Below are positions 19,845-28,381 of a DNA stretch of 64,000 nt, in pieces. Every line of letters starts with the position of its first letter. Positions within the stretch are counted from its first letter, which is position 1. The DNA is from Patescibacteria group bacterium (GTDB lineage: Bacteria > Patescibacteriota > Minisyncoccia > Phycocordibacterales > JACOZG01): contig JAYEGE010000008.1 in NCBI GenBank assembly GCA_034658935.1, positions 3,400 to 67,399 on the forward strand. Reading direction: 5' to 3'. The notes under the pieces were generated by a model. The model made no database searches. It was not told the origin of the DNA and worked only from the letters and a program-made list of their open reading frames with translations. The translations under genes were made by a program, and so were the position numbers.

Positions 19845-20222
19845 ATGAGGAAATTTCAAACAAGGAATTGGGGCAGGCGGATAATCTACTCCAAGTGGGC
19901 AGTGGCCGTGTTAATCGTCCTCGTGCTTCTATTACTCCGCTCGGTTATCTTAACCTGGCAACGTGAGCGCTTGGCGGGAGATGGATTGACGGAGGTTAGG
20001 GAACAGGTGGCGGCTTTGGAGGTGCGTAAGGAGCAATTGGCTGCCGATTTGGCCTTGCTCGAAACTGAGCGCGGGGTAGAAGAACGCATCCGCCGTCAAT
20101 TTGCAGTTGCCAAGGAGGGGGAGAAGGTAATGACGGTGGTTTTGCCAGACCGCCCAGCAGATTCTGCTGCTCCCTCAGCCATTTTGCCCTGGTGGCAGCC
20201 GCTATTAGACTTGTTTGATTAA
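19845..20222 (+). CDS. Septum formation initiator (FtsB/DivIC-like)
   Basis: TM helix, coiled coil and ERIRRQFAVAKEGEKV motif. Confidence 0.8.
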   Translation: MRKFQTRNWGRRIIYSKWAVAVLIVLVLLLLRSVILTWQRERLAGDGLTEVREQVAALEVRKEQLAADLALLETERGVEERIRRQFAVAKEGEKVMTVVLPDRPADSAAPSAILPWWQPLLDLFD

Positions 20223-20321
20223 GGTTAGAGTTTTTGTATGATTGCGGCGGGCCTTGCCTCGCCGTAGCCGCGAGGTAGATTTGGCGAAGCCCGACTTCGC
20301 TAGAGCTACGTCGTGGCGAAG

Positions 20322-20392
20322 GCGGGTATAGTTTAGTGGTAGAACACGACCTTCCCAAGGTTGAAACGGGGGTTCGATTCCCCCTACCCGCA
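20322..20392 (+). tRNA. tRNA-Gly(CCC)
   Basis: Cloverleaf GCGGGTA/TACCCGC; anticodon loop TTCCCAA; GGTTCGATTCC. Confidence 0.95.
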
Positions 20393-20529
20393 CTTTTGTT
20401 GAGAAAAGAAAAAGCCCCCCTGATCCGCTGTAGCGAATCGGGAGGGCGTCGAGGTTTAAGTGCCTCTGTGTCTGTGAAGGTTAGTCCCGCCTCTTCGGCG
20501 TACCCATACGTTTTCTACTGCTTCGATAG

Positions 20530-20826
20530 GGTGGCACTCAGTTACCTACGGCGATGGCCTCTTTGTAGCGGTGGCATATGATGGCACCAATAGCGCGATG
20601 ACTTCACCTGACGGCATTACTTGGACAGCTCGTGCGACCGCGGAAGTAAATTTTTGGTACAGTGTTACCTACGGCAATGGCACCTTCGTGGCAACGGCTG
20701 GTTCTGGCACCAACCGTGTCATGACCTCAGGAAAAGCCGATCTCTACGACAATCCACACGATAATATCTACCAAGGTGGTATGTCCATCATGGGCGGTAA
20801 CGTCGGCATGGGAACAACCACTGACA
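20530..20826 (+). pseudogene. Fragment of a large repetitive surface protein
   Basis: Repeated WxSVTYGxGxFVA units and GNVGMGTT, without a credible start; ends at the REP at 20829. Confidence 0.6.
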
Positions 20827-20828
20827 TT

Positions 20829-21583
20829 CCACGAGGCTCAACCTCGTGGTAAGATAGGGTTATGTCTAGGCAGATTGAGTTCTCGGTTGACGAATTTTAT
20901 CATCTCTATAATCGCGGTAATGATAAACGCGATATTTTTTTAAGCTCGGCCGACAGGCGTCGCTTTACTGCTTTATTATATCTCTCCAACTCTTGCCACT
21001 CCTTCCACTTCGAGGAACTAAAAAATGCCCCATTTGATTTTGATCGTGGGGCGGCTCTGGTCGATATCGGGGCCTATTGTTTAATGACCAACCATTACCA
21101 CTTGTTAGTCCGAGAACGTCAAGAAAATGGTATCAGTCAATTTATGCATCGTCTGTCCACTGGCTACACCATGTATTTTAACAAGAGGTGGCAACGTCGC
21201 GGTTCGTTATTCGAAGGTCGTTTCCGCGCCAACCATGCCGGTGAGGACAGGTACCTTCATTATTTATTTGCCTATATTCATCTTAATCCGGTCAAAATGA
21301 TTCAAGCGGATTGGCGGGTGATTGGTTTGAAAGACAAAGCATCGGCCAAAGATTTTCTCGGCCAATATTTATACTCGAGTTATCAAGATTGTCTTGGTTT
21401 GAAGCGTGAGAGTGGCAAACTGCTTGCTCGAGAGGCTTTTCCTGACTATTTCTCCGAATCGAATGAGTTTGATAGTTTTTTATCTGATTGGTTGAATTAC
21501 CATGACCACGAGGTTGAGCCTCGTGGGGAGAGGGGGCTAAAGTGACTTGACCTTTTAAGATTCCACGAGGCTCAACCTCGTGG
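20829..21583. repeat. REP family A: three copies of CCACGAGG-CTCAA-CCTCGTGG (20829-20849, 21506-21526 inverted, 21563-21583)
   Basis: Exact 21-nt palindromic copies flanking the transposase. Confidence 0.9.
20862..21545 (+). mobile_element. REP-associated tyrosine transposase (RAYT / Y1 HUH), copy 1
   Basis: YHLYNRG, YCLMTNHYHLL (HUH), GSLFEGRF and YIHLNPVK; flanked by palindromes. Confidence 0.9.
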
Positions 21584-21635
21584 TTAAGCTTGTCGGGCTT
21601 CCATTCCCGGCCAAAGATTAGTAGCATTTTAGTAA

Positions 21636-21923
21636 ATGGCTATTGATTTTATTAAAAAACAGGAGGATTTTACTTGTGAGCATTGTGGAGTGCTGGTGGA
21701 GGGAAGTGGTTATACTAATCATTGTCCTCATTGCCTATGGTCTAAGCATGTTGATATAAATCCCGGGGACAGGGCGGCTGATTGTGGTGGCTTGATGCCG
21801 CCTGTGGGCTATGAATCTGAAGATGGCACCTACACTCTGACTCATCGTTGCGAAACTTGTGGTCATGAGAAGCGTAATAAGGTGTCGTCGGGAGACGATC
21901 TCGCTCTGCTTGCCGGGCTATGA
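21636..21923 (+). CDS. RNHCP domain zinc-binding protein
   Basis: CEHCG, TNHCPHCLWSKHVD and PGDRA. Confidence 0.9.
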   Translation: MAIDFIKKQEDFTCEHCGVLVEGSGYTNHCPHCLWSKHVDINPGDRAADCGGLMPPVGYESEDGTYTLTHRCETCGHEKRNKVSSGDDLALLAGL

Positions 21924-21937
21924 TATGATTTTAGTCT

Positions 21938-22189
21938 ATGGCAAAACAAGTAACAATTTATAGTACTCCTGCCTGCGGCTATTGCCGCATGGCTAAGGAG
22001 TTTTTTAAAGAAGAAAATATCGAATATACCGAGTACGATGTTCAAGCCGACCCCAGTAAGGCTCAAGAGATGATTAAGAAATCGGGCCAGATGGGCGTGC
22101 CGGTAATCGTTGTTTCTGGGGAGGGGAGTGAGGAGCAGATGTTTGTTGGCTTCGATCGACAGGCTCTAAGCGAGGCGCTTGGTATATAG
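21938..22189 (+). CDS. Glutaredoxin/NrdH-like redoxin
   Basis: CGYC, GQMGVPVI and GFD. Confidence 0.92.
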   Translation: MAKQVTIYSTPACGYCRMAKEFFKEENIEYTEYDVQADPSKAQEMIKKSGQMGVPVIVVSGEGSEEQMFVGFDRQALSEALGI

Positions 22190-22223
22190 TTTATCCGCCC
22201 AAATGCGAAGCTTTTGGCAGGGC

Positions 22224-22444
22224 GGTTTGCTTGCCCTCGTAGCCCCGACGCCTTTGCATAGGGGTCGGGGTCCCGACTGAAGCAAGGCGAACGTCGGGAT
22301 TCAATGATAGACTTTGTGCGAAGTGGTTTGCTTGCCCTCGTAGCCCCGACGCCCTTGCATAGGGGTCGGGGTCCCGACTGAAGCAAGGCGAACGTCGGGA
22401 TTCAATGATAGACTTTGTGCGAAGTGGTTTGCTTGCCCTCGTAG
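22224..22444 (+). repeat. 101-bp tandem duplication of the tRNA-Arg 5' end carrying a double-hairpin insert
   Basis: Units start at 22224, 22325 and 22426; one mismatch between units 1 and 2; unit 3 continues as the real tRNA. Confidence 0.9.
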
Positions 22445-22506
22445 TTCAATGGATAGAACGGCCCCCTCCTAAGGGGCAGATGCAGGTTCGACTCCTGCCG
22501 AGGGCA
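22435..22506 (+). tRNA. tRNA-Arg(CCT)
   Basis: GCCCTCG/CGAGGGC acceptor stem; GCCCC-CTCCTAA-GGGGC anticodon arm. Confidence 0.95.
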
Positions 22507-22771
22507 AAAAATAAAAGAGACTTATGCGTATGTATGAGGCGACTGTTATTTTTTAGCCCTCGGCAGGAGTCGGGGTCGAGAGTACTTAGATTTTTGCGAA
22601 TGCCTGGAGTAAAAAGCTTAGTAACTCGTGACCGACTCCCCCTCCTCCACCCTATTTTATATACTTGACAAAAAGGCTAGTGTATGCTAGTATACTAGCA
22701 GTTCTTCGAAATCGGCAATTGACTGCGGTTGATTGCCACTTTTACTCTTTTTTCCAGGGAGGAAAAATATC

Positions 22772-23458
22772 ATGTTGCCGAATCCTTTTCCGGTAGTGTT
22801 GGAGTTCGAGGTCGCAAGGAACGCGAACCACAGGGCAAGGGGGGCAAAGCAAATTGCCGCCTTTGGCCGCAATGGGGACAAATTTGTCTCTGATCGTGAC
22901 GGCAGACACCAGCCTCGTGCTGGTGAGACCTGGTTGTGTCGAGCGCACACCCAGATCGGGCGGATCAAGCGCCGGGGTCATCGAGACGGGCGTCTCATCC
23001 TCGTTGTCTTGGAGGCACGGTTGACGGCCAAGACCAAAACCCTCGTCTTCTCATACGATGAGGACGAGTGGGTGCGTCTCGGCGCGGTGAAGGATGATTG
23101 TTTTCATCGGATATCTGATGTCACGCCGCCTTTTTGGAGGCGCGCGGGCGAGTTTGTCTGCCGAGCGGTGCTTGACCTAGAAGGCTGTGGTGACGATGAA
23201 GAGCCCCAGCCTCGGCGTATTGGCTTCGACGAGGAGAATCGGCCGATCTTCCTCGTCGTCCCTGAACGCCCCTCAGAGGAGGAGGCCCGAATATTGTGGG
23301 CGGCTAGGGTGGCGAAGAGTAATGAGCCGCATCGGCAAGCTCGTCTGAGGGCAGTGAAGGATCGCATCCCCGTGGAGGACGCGGTAGCGAGGATTTGCCT
23401 CGGTGGCAGCCTCTTCAACGGAGTTATTACGGCAGGGCCCGAAACCAAATCAGCCTAA
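22772..23458 (+). CDS. Hypothetical protein
   Basis: Long ORF with GGGAGG SD, upstream TTGACA promoter and downstream hairpin. Confidence 0.65.
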   Translation: MLPNPFPVVLEFEVARNANHRARGAKQIAAFGRNGDKFVSDRDGRHQPRAGETWLCRAHTQIGRIKRRGHRDGRLILVVLEARLTAKTKTLVFSYDEDEWVRLGAVKDDCFHRISDVTPPFWRRAGEFVCRAVLDLEGCGDDEEPQPRRIGFDEENRPIFLVVPERPSEEEARILWAARVAKSNEPHRQARLRAVKDRIPVEDAVARICLGGSLFNGVITAGPETKSA

Positions 23459-23552
23459 AGGGGGTGATCGCATCTAGTGCCCCCGTGAGACCCCGTCTGT
23501 AAAAAGACGGATTATCTCACGGGGGTTTCTTTGCGTCTAATTTTGTTATAAG

Positions 23553-23849
23553 ATGAACCACATGAGTCCGGAGGAGAAGAAGTTGCTTGAAGAGGCAGTT
23601 GGTCTATCACGCGAAAATAATAAGATGCTCCATCGCTTGCAGAGTGCCATGCGTTGGGGTCGTTTCTATTCCATCCTTAAGTGGGTCATTATTGTCGGCT
23701 TCACTTTTGGAGTCTATTATTATCTCCAGCCGTATTTGATTGGCCTTATTGATGCCTACCAAGCCGTGTCAGAAGGATTAGATGAGGTTAGGGAGGCGGG
23801 GAGTAATCTACCCGACTTCTCTGGTTTGCTTGATAGATTCGGTCAATAA
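23553..23849 (+). CDS. Hypothetical single-TM protein
   Basis: ENNKML coiled coil followed by a TM helix. Confidence 0.75.
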   Translation: MNHMSPEEKKLLEEAVGLSRENNKMLHRLQSAMRWGRFYSILKWVIIVGFTFGVYYYLQPYLIGLIDAYQAVSEGLDEVREAGSNLPDFSGLLDRFGQ

Positions 23850-23862
23850 GTAACAAAGCCTC

Positions 23863-24126
23863 ATGGCCTATGTCTATATTCTTCGCTGCGATGGCAATCG
23901 TTATTATGTGGGCAGTGCAGTTGATTTACAAAAGAGGCTTAAACATCATGATAGAGGTCTAACTCCCTCGACAAAAAGATTAGGAAATTGCCACTTGGTT
24001 TTGTCTCAAGAGTACGAAACCTTGATTGATGCTAGATTAGTGGAGGGTAAAATTAAGAAGTTGAAAAGAAAAGATTACATCGCTAGAATGGTAAAAGATG
24101 GCGTAATCAAAGTAATGCCTCGGTAG
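23863..24126 (+). CDS. Small GIY-YIG nuclease family protein
   Basis: YVYIL...YYVGS...RLKHH...ARLVEGKIK; stop codon lies inside tRNA-Phe. Confidence 0.9.
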   Translation: MAYVYILRCDGNRYYVGSAVDLQKRLKHHDRGLTPSTKRLGNCHLVLSQEYETLIDARLVEGKIKKLKRKDYIARMVKDGVIKVMPR

Positions 24127-24188
24127 CTCAGTGGTAGAGCGCCTGCCTGAAGAGCAGGGCGTCGGTGGTTCAATTCCGCCCCGAGGCA
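24117..24188 (+). tRNA. tRNA-Phe(GAA)
   Basis: GCCTCGG/CCGAGGC acceptor stem; CCTGC-CTGAAGA-GCAGG anticodon arm. Confidence 0.93.
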
Positions 24189-24198
24189 CACTCGTACT

Positions 24199-24361
24199 TA
24201 CTTGGTAGCTTGTCCCGACCGGTTTGCGTGCGTCGGGAAGCGCCTGCCCCCGACGTTTCAGTCGGGGCGGAGCTGAAGAGCAGGGCGTCGGTGGTTCCCC
24301 GCCCGACACGCAAGACGAGCTTGCGAGTCGTTGCGGGCGGGAATTCCGCCCCGAGGCACCA
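24199..24361 (+). pseudogene. Duplicate tRNA-Phe interrupted by three hairpin inserts, ending in CCA
   Basis: Blocks GGTAGCT, AGCGCCTGC, CTGAAGAGCAGGGCGTCGGTGGTTC and AATTCCGCCCCGAGGCAC match the upstream tRNA in order. Confidence 0.85.
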
Positions 24362-24466
24362 CTTGTATCCCCGTCTTACTATTTACTTCTCAGCTATAGT
24401 TTGTTATAATCCTTTTAGTATTAGATGGTAGGTCTATGTCTCTTGGCAGGAATAGGGAGTTTAGTT

Positions 24467-24676
24467 ATGGCAGGAAATGAACAGCCAAAGAAAGACGGTG
24501 GAGTGCTTGGCAATGTTCAAGTGTTTAATCGGTTCACCCCCAGAGGTCCCGGTCCCGAAAGGCTTGAGTACGGCGTGCAACTTCTTCCTGATGGTGGGGT
24601 CGGCGTCTTTATCGGCGGAAATTTGGTCAGTAGAGATGATCTCCTAAAGATCGCCGGCGCGGTCGAAAGGTGCTGA
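24467..24676 (+). CDS. Small hypothetical protein
   Basis: SD AGGGAG, ORF and downstream terminator at 24700-24730. Confidence 0.5.
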   Translation: MAGNEQPKKDGGVLGNVQVFNRFTPRGPGPERLEYGVQLLPDGGVGVFIGGNLVSRDDLLKIAGAVERC

Positions 24677-24744
24677 CTCACTATGTTTCCGGTGAGGCCA
24701 AAAAGGCGGCTATCGAAAGCCGCCTTTTTTGATGTCCCAAGTTC

Positions 24745-25200
24745 TTAAAGTGACTTAACCTTCAAGCTCTGATTTTTCTGCTTATCTATTTTAGGCAAGC
24801 GGAGGGTTAAGAGGCCGTGTTTTTCGATGGCTTCGGCTTCCTCTACCTCGATTTCAGTTGGTAGGGAAATGGCGCGAGTGAAAGAGCCCCAATAGAGCTC
24901 TCGTTGAAAATAGTCTTCGGTATTTACCTCGCGAGTCACCTCTCGCCGCCCCCTGATAGTCACCATCTCACGAGTAATATTAACGTCAAGATCTTCTGGT
25001 TTTACTCCGGCCACCATTGCTCGAATGATGATCTCCGATGGCGTCTGGTAGACATCAACTGCCAGCTCTCCTTCTTCCTCGGCTTCATCCTTCCAGGTTG
25101 GTTGATCGGTGGTCTCCTCGCTCGAGATATCTAATTCCAGTTCATCTCCGTCTAGGGCGACACTGCCAGTTAGACGTTCAAAGAAAGATCTTTTTTTCAT
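24745..25200 (-). CDS. Hsp20/alpha-crystallin small heat-shock protein
   Basis: VDVYQT, GSFTRAISLP and GLLTLRLPK. Confidence 0.93.
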   Translation of the reverse strand: MKKRSFFERLTGSVALDGDELELDISSEETTDQPTWKDEAEEEGELAVDVYQTPSEIIIRAMVAGVKPEDLDVNITREMVTIRGRREVTREVNTEDYFQRELYWGSFTRAISLPTEIEVEEAEAIEKHGLLTLRLPKIDKQKNQSLKVKSL

Positions 25201-25202
25201 AA

Positions 25203-25910
25203 TTATTTTTTGTAAATGTGTTTAACTTTCTCAAAGAATAAGATAACCAAAACAGCGACTAGCCAAAGGATGAAAAAGATAGACAGGATCTGGCCTGTGT
25301 CACTAGAAATTATAAAGTAGTTGAAAATAGCGTGCAAGACGACGGCCGTTAATAAACCCCAAAAGAGATAGAGTCTTTTGCGTGCCGCTTGCCCGTAGAA
25401 GGCCAAGCCGATAAAGCCGCCGACCAGGGCCGAGGAGACAATGTGTACCAAGGTGGCGCCTAGGAAACGGAAATTACCAGTGAGAAGGAAGCTCATCCCG
25501 CCCATCGCTCCATCTTGCATAGCGCTCCAGATGAAGAGGCTATTTTCTAAAGCGGCGAAGCCGATTGCCCCAGTGATCATATAGACCATGGCGTCGACTG
25601 GCTCATCATAGGAGCGATTATGAAAGGCGACTAGATAGACAGCGCCAAATTTTAGTATTTCTTCGATGGCGGACCATATTAGGACCCCCCCGATTAACCA
25701 ACTTTGGTTGCCGAGATCAAAGGGGAAGTAGCCGTAGAGCCCCTTCTCTAGTAAGTAGGCCGGGATAACTGCTACTGCGCCGACGACAAAGACTAAAGCT
25801 AAAAGCCCGCGGGGCTCGGGGTGCCGCCTATCTTCTTTAAGCCAGAACCAAAGCCAAATCAAGGCTGGTAAGAGGCCGAGAATGGCGGCTGAGATTATTT
25901 GATTGGCCAT
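25203..25910 (-). CDS. PrsW family intramembrane metalloprotease
   Basis: EEILK, GFAALEN and HAIFN. Confidence 0.9.
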   Translation of the reverse strand: MANQIISAAILGLLPALIWLWFWLKEDRRHPEPRGLLALVFVVGAVAVIPAYLLEKGLYGYFPFDLGNQSWLIGGVLIWSAIEEILKFGAVYLVAFHNRSYDEPVDAMVYMITGAIGFAALENSLFIWSAMQDGAMGGMSFLLTGNFRFLGATLVHIVSSALVGGFIGLAFYGQAARKRLYLFWGLLTAVVLHAIFNYFIISSDTGQILSIFFILWLVAVLVILFFEKVKHIYKK

Positions 25911-28147
25911 GGCGCGATAATAAGTGGTCTATCTTCCCCCATTAGTCCCCAGATTTCCTCAGTGATAAAGGGCATGAAAGGGTGGAGGAGTTTTAATTGT
26001 TGTTTAAGTAAGTGGACTAACAAAGTTTTAGCCGTTGGTGCATCTCGGCCCTCTTTAATGCGTTGTTTGCAGTTCTCAATAATAATATCAGCAAAAGTGT
26101 GCCAAAAATAGTGATAGATTTTCTCACCAGCTAAATAGAAGCGGTGATTTTCCATGTCCACAGTAATTCCAGTGGCTAGTTCTTTGAAATCATCGATTGT
26201 TTTCCGGTCTTCTGTTGGTGCCGAGTCATACTCAAAATCGCCAAGTCGTTCGTCGTCGTCGTTTTCCATTACAAACCTAGAGGCATTCCAAATCTTATTG
26301 GCAAAATGTTTGTAAGCTTTGATTTTGTCGGGCCAGATTTTGGAGTCATTGCCAGGGGCAGTACCAATAATAAGTGACATCCGACTAGCGTCAGCTCCAT
26401 ATTGCTCTATCATCTCTAGGGGGTCGATAGCATTGCCGAGTGATTTGGATAATTTGCGGTTCTTTTGGTCTCGCACTAGGCCGTGGAGATAAACAGTGCG
26501 GAAGGGGACATCGCCGAGCAAGAAGCCCGACATGAGGATCATTCGAGCAACCCAAAAAAAGAGAATGTCGTAGCCAGTCTCAAGAATGGTGGTAGGGTGA
26601 AATAACTCCAAGTCTGTGGGCGTGCCCCGCGAAGCTTTAACGGAGTGGGGCCAACCTAAGGTCGAAAATGTCCACAGTCCAGAAGAAAACCAGGTGTCTA
26701 ATGTGTCAGGGTCTTGTTCTAGTTCTTGCTTGCAATCTGGGCAAGTACTCAACTTTTCAATGCTGACGATCGGCCCCGCGCATTTTTTGCAGTCTTGACC
26801 TTTGACATTTGAGCTTTGGATTTCCGATTTACGGTAGTAAACCGGTACCCCGTGCCCATACCAGATTTGACGAGAGATGCACCAATCGTGGAGATTGTCG
26901 ATCCAATGATGATAAGTTTTAGCAAAGTGGTCGGGGATAATATTGATTTGGCCACCATCCACTACCTTTTTCATCACCTCCTTAAGAGTAATCATTTGTC
27001 CTTTCCCAATCCCCTTAATTTTGTCAGTAGAGAAAGGGAAGGGCTTTTCAACGGCCACGAACCATTGTTGCATGATCTGGGGCTCTATTAAGCCATTGGT
27101 GCGCTCTGCCCGGGCGATATTGTGGGTGTAGGGCTCTTCTTTCCCTAATAGTCCCTTTTTTCTTAGCTTTTCGACTAATTTAGGTCTAGCCTCGGTGATT
27201 TTTAGGCCAGCAAACTCCCCGGCGATGGGCAGGAGTTTGCCGTATTTATCAATAATCTGCTCTTTGTCTAGGTTGTGGCGTTCAGCAATGGCAAAGTCGG
27301 CATTAGAGTGCCAAGGAGTAATTGTCATTACTCCGGTGCCGAATTCCATATCTATAGACTCGTCCTTAATGATGGTGGCGGTGATTGGCCCGTTGATCCA
27401 CTCTAAATCTATCTTCTGCCCATGCTTGTACTCGGCATAGCGCTTATCTCCGGGGTGCATAACCACATACTTGTCACCGAATTTAGTTTCTGGCCTTGCC
27501 GTACCGATGGTAAAGGGTCCGTATTTGAAATAATAGAAGTTCGCTTTCTCCTCTTCGTAGACTACTTCATCATCAGAGATCGTTGTTTGGCCCTTGGGGT
27601 CCCAATTAACGATTCGGTGTCCGCGGTAGATGAGCCCCGCGTCGTACATTTGCTTAAAGGCGGTCCTGACGGCCAAGGAGCGCTGCTCATCGAGGGTGAA
27701 GGCCTCTCTCGTCCAGTCTAGAGAGGAGCCCATCTTTTTAGTTTGATTGATGATGGTGTTGTGGCTCTCTTGAGCGAAAGCGTTGACTCTCTTTAGGAAT
27801 TCTTCTCGGCCTAAGTCATGGCGATTTAGCTTTTCTTTCTTTCGAATTTCCTTTTCTACCTTTGATTGGGTGGCGATGGCGGCGTGATCGGTGCCTGGCA
27901 GCCAAAGAGTATATTTGCCACGCATTCGGGCAAAGCGCGTCATGATGTCCTCGATGGTTAGCATGGCGGCGTGGCCCATATGGAGCTCGCCGGTGACGTT
28001 TGGCGGCGGCAAAGCCATGGAGAATTTCTCATCTGTCGGCGTGGCCCCGTTAGAACCGGGCGTAAAAAACCCGCCTTCTTCCCATTGGCGGTAAATTCGC
28101 CCTTCAGTTTCCCCTGGGTCGTAGGGTTTTAGCAGTTTTTCATCCAT
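25895..28147 (-). CDS. valS: Valine--tRNA ligase, lacking the C-terminal coiled coil
   Basis: PPPNVTGELHMGH, DWCISRQIWYGH, DTWFSS and KLSKS. Confidence 0.95.
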   Translation of the reverse strand: MDEKLLKPYDPGETEGRIYRQWEEGGFFTPGSNGATPTDEKFSMALPPPNVTGELHMGHAAMLTIEDIMTRFARMRGKYTLWLPGTDHAAIATQSKVEKEIRKKEKLNRHDLGREEFLKRVNAFAQESHNTIINQTKKMGSSLDWTREAFTLDEQRSLAVRTAFKQMYDAGLIYRGHRIVNWDPKGQTTISDDEVVYEEEKANFYYFKYGPFTIGTARPETKFGDKYVVMHPGDKRYAEYKHGQKIDLEWINGPITATIIKDESIDMEFGTGVMTITPWHSNADFAIAERHNLDKEQIIDKYGKLLPIAGEFAGLKITEARPKLVEKLRKKGLLGKEEPYTHNIARAERTNGLIEPQIMQQWFVAVEKPFPFSTDKIKGIGKGQMITLKEVMKKVVDGGQINIIPDHFAKTYHHWIDNLHDWCISRQIWYGHGVPVYYRKSEIQSSNVKGQDCKKCAGPIVSIEKLSTCPDCKQELEQDPDTLDTWFSSGLWTFSTLGWPHSVKASRGTPTDLELFHPTTILETGYDILFFWVARMILMSGFLLGDVPFRTVYLHGLVRDQKNRKLSKSLGNAIDPLEMIEQYGADASRMSLIIGTAPGNDSKIWPDKIKAYKHFANKIWNASRFVMENDDDERLGDFEYDSAPTEDRKTIDDFKELATGITVDMENHRFYLAGEKIYHYFWHTFADIIIENCKQRIKEGRDAPTAKTLLVHLLKQQLKLLHPFMPFITEEIWGLMGEDRPLIIAPWPIK

Positions 28148-28381
28148 TGACTGTATTTTACCCCGAAAATGTCGGTTTGAGAAGTTAACTTCATTAAGGT
28201 GCACTCTATACTGGAGGGTAGCCAACGAATGGGCGAAGTTTTGGGTTGAGTACCTACTAAAATTCTGTCAGTACTTAGTGGTCGATGGTATTTAATTCCA
28301 GGCTTCGCCTTTGTTGTGTAAATAGATTAGACCTTTGGTGAGTTAATTGTTTATAAACATTAAATTAAGTAACAAATAGAT

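Noticed and set aside
22224-22444. CRISPR array
   Set aside because: The units are near-identical over their full 101 bp with no unique spacers, derive from the tRNA, and no cas genes are present
24199-24361. tRNA with group I or archaeal-type introns
   Set aside because: The inserts are only about 25-45 nt, no bulge-helix-bulge or group I core is visible, and D-loop bases are lost
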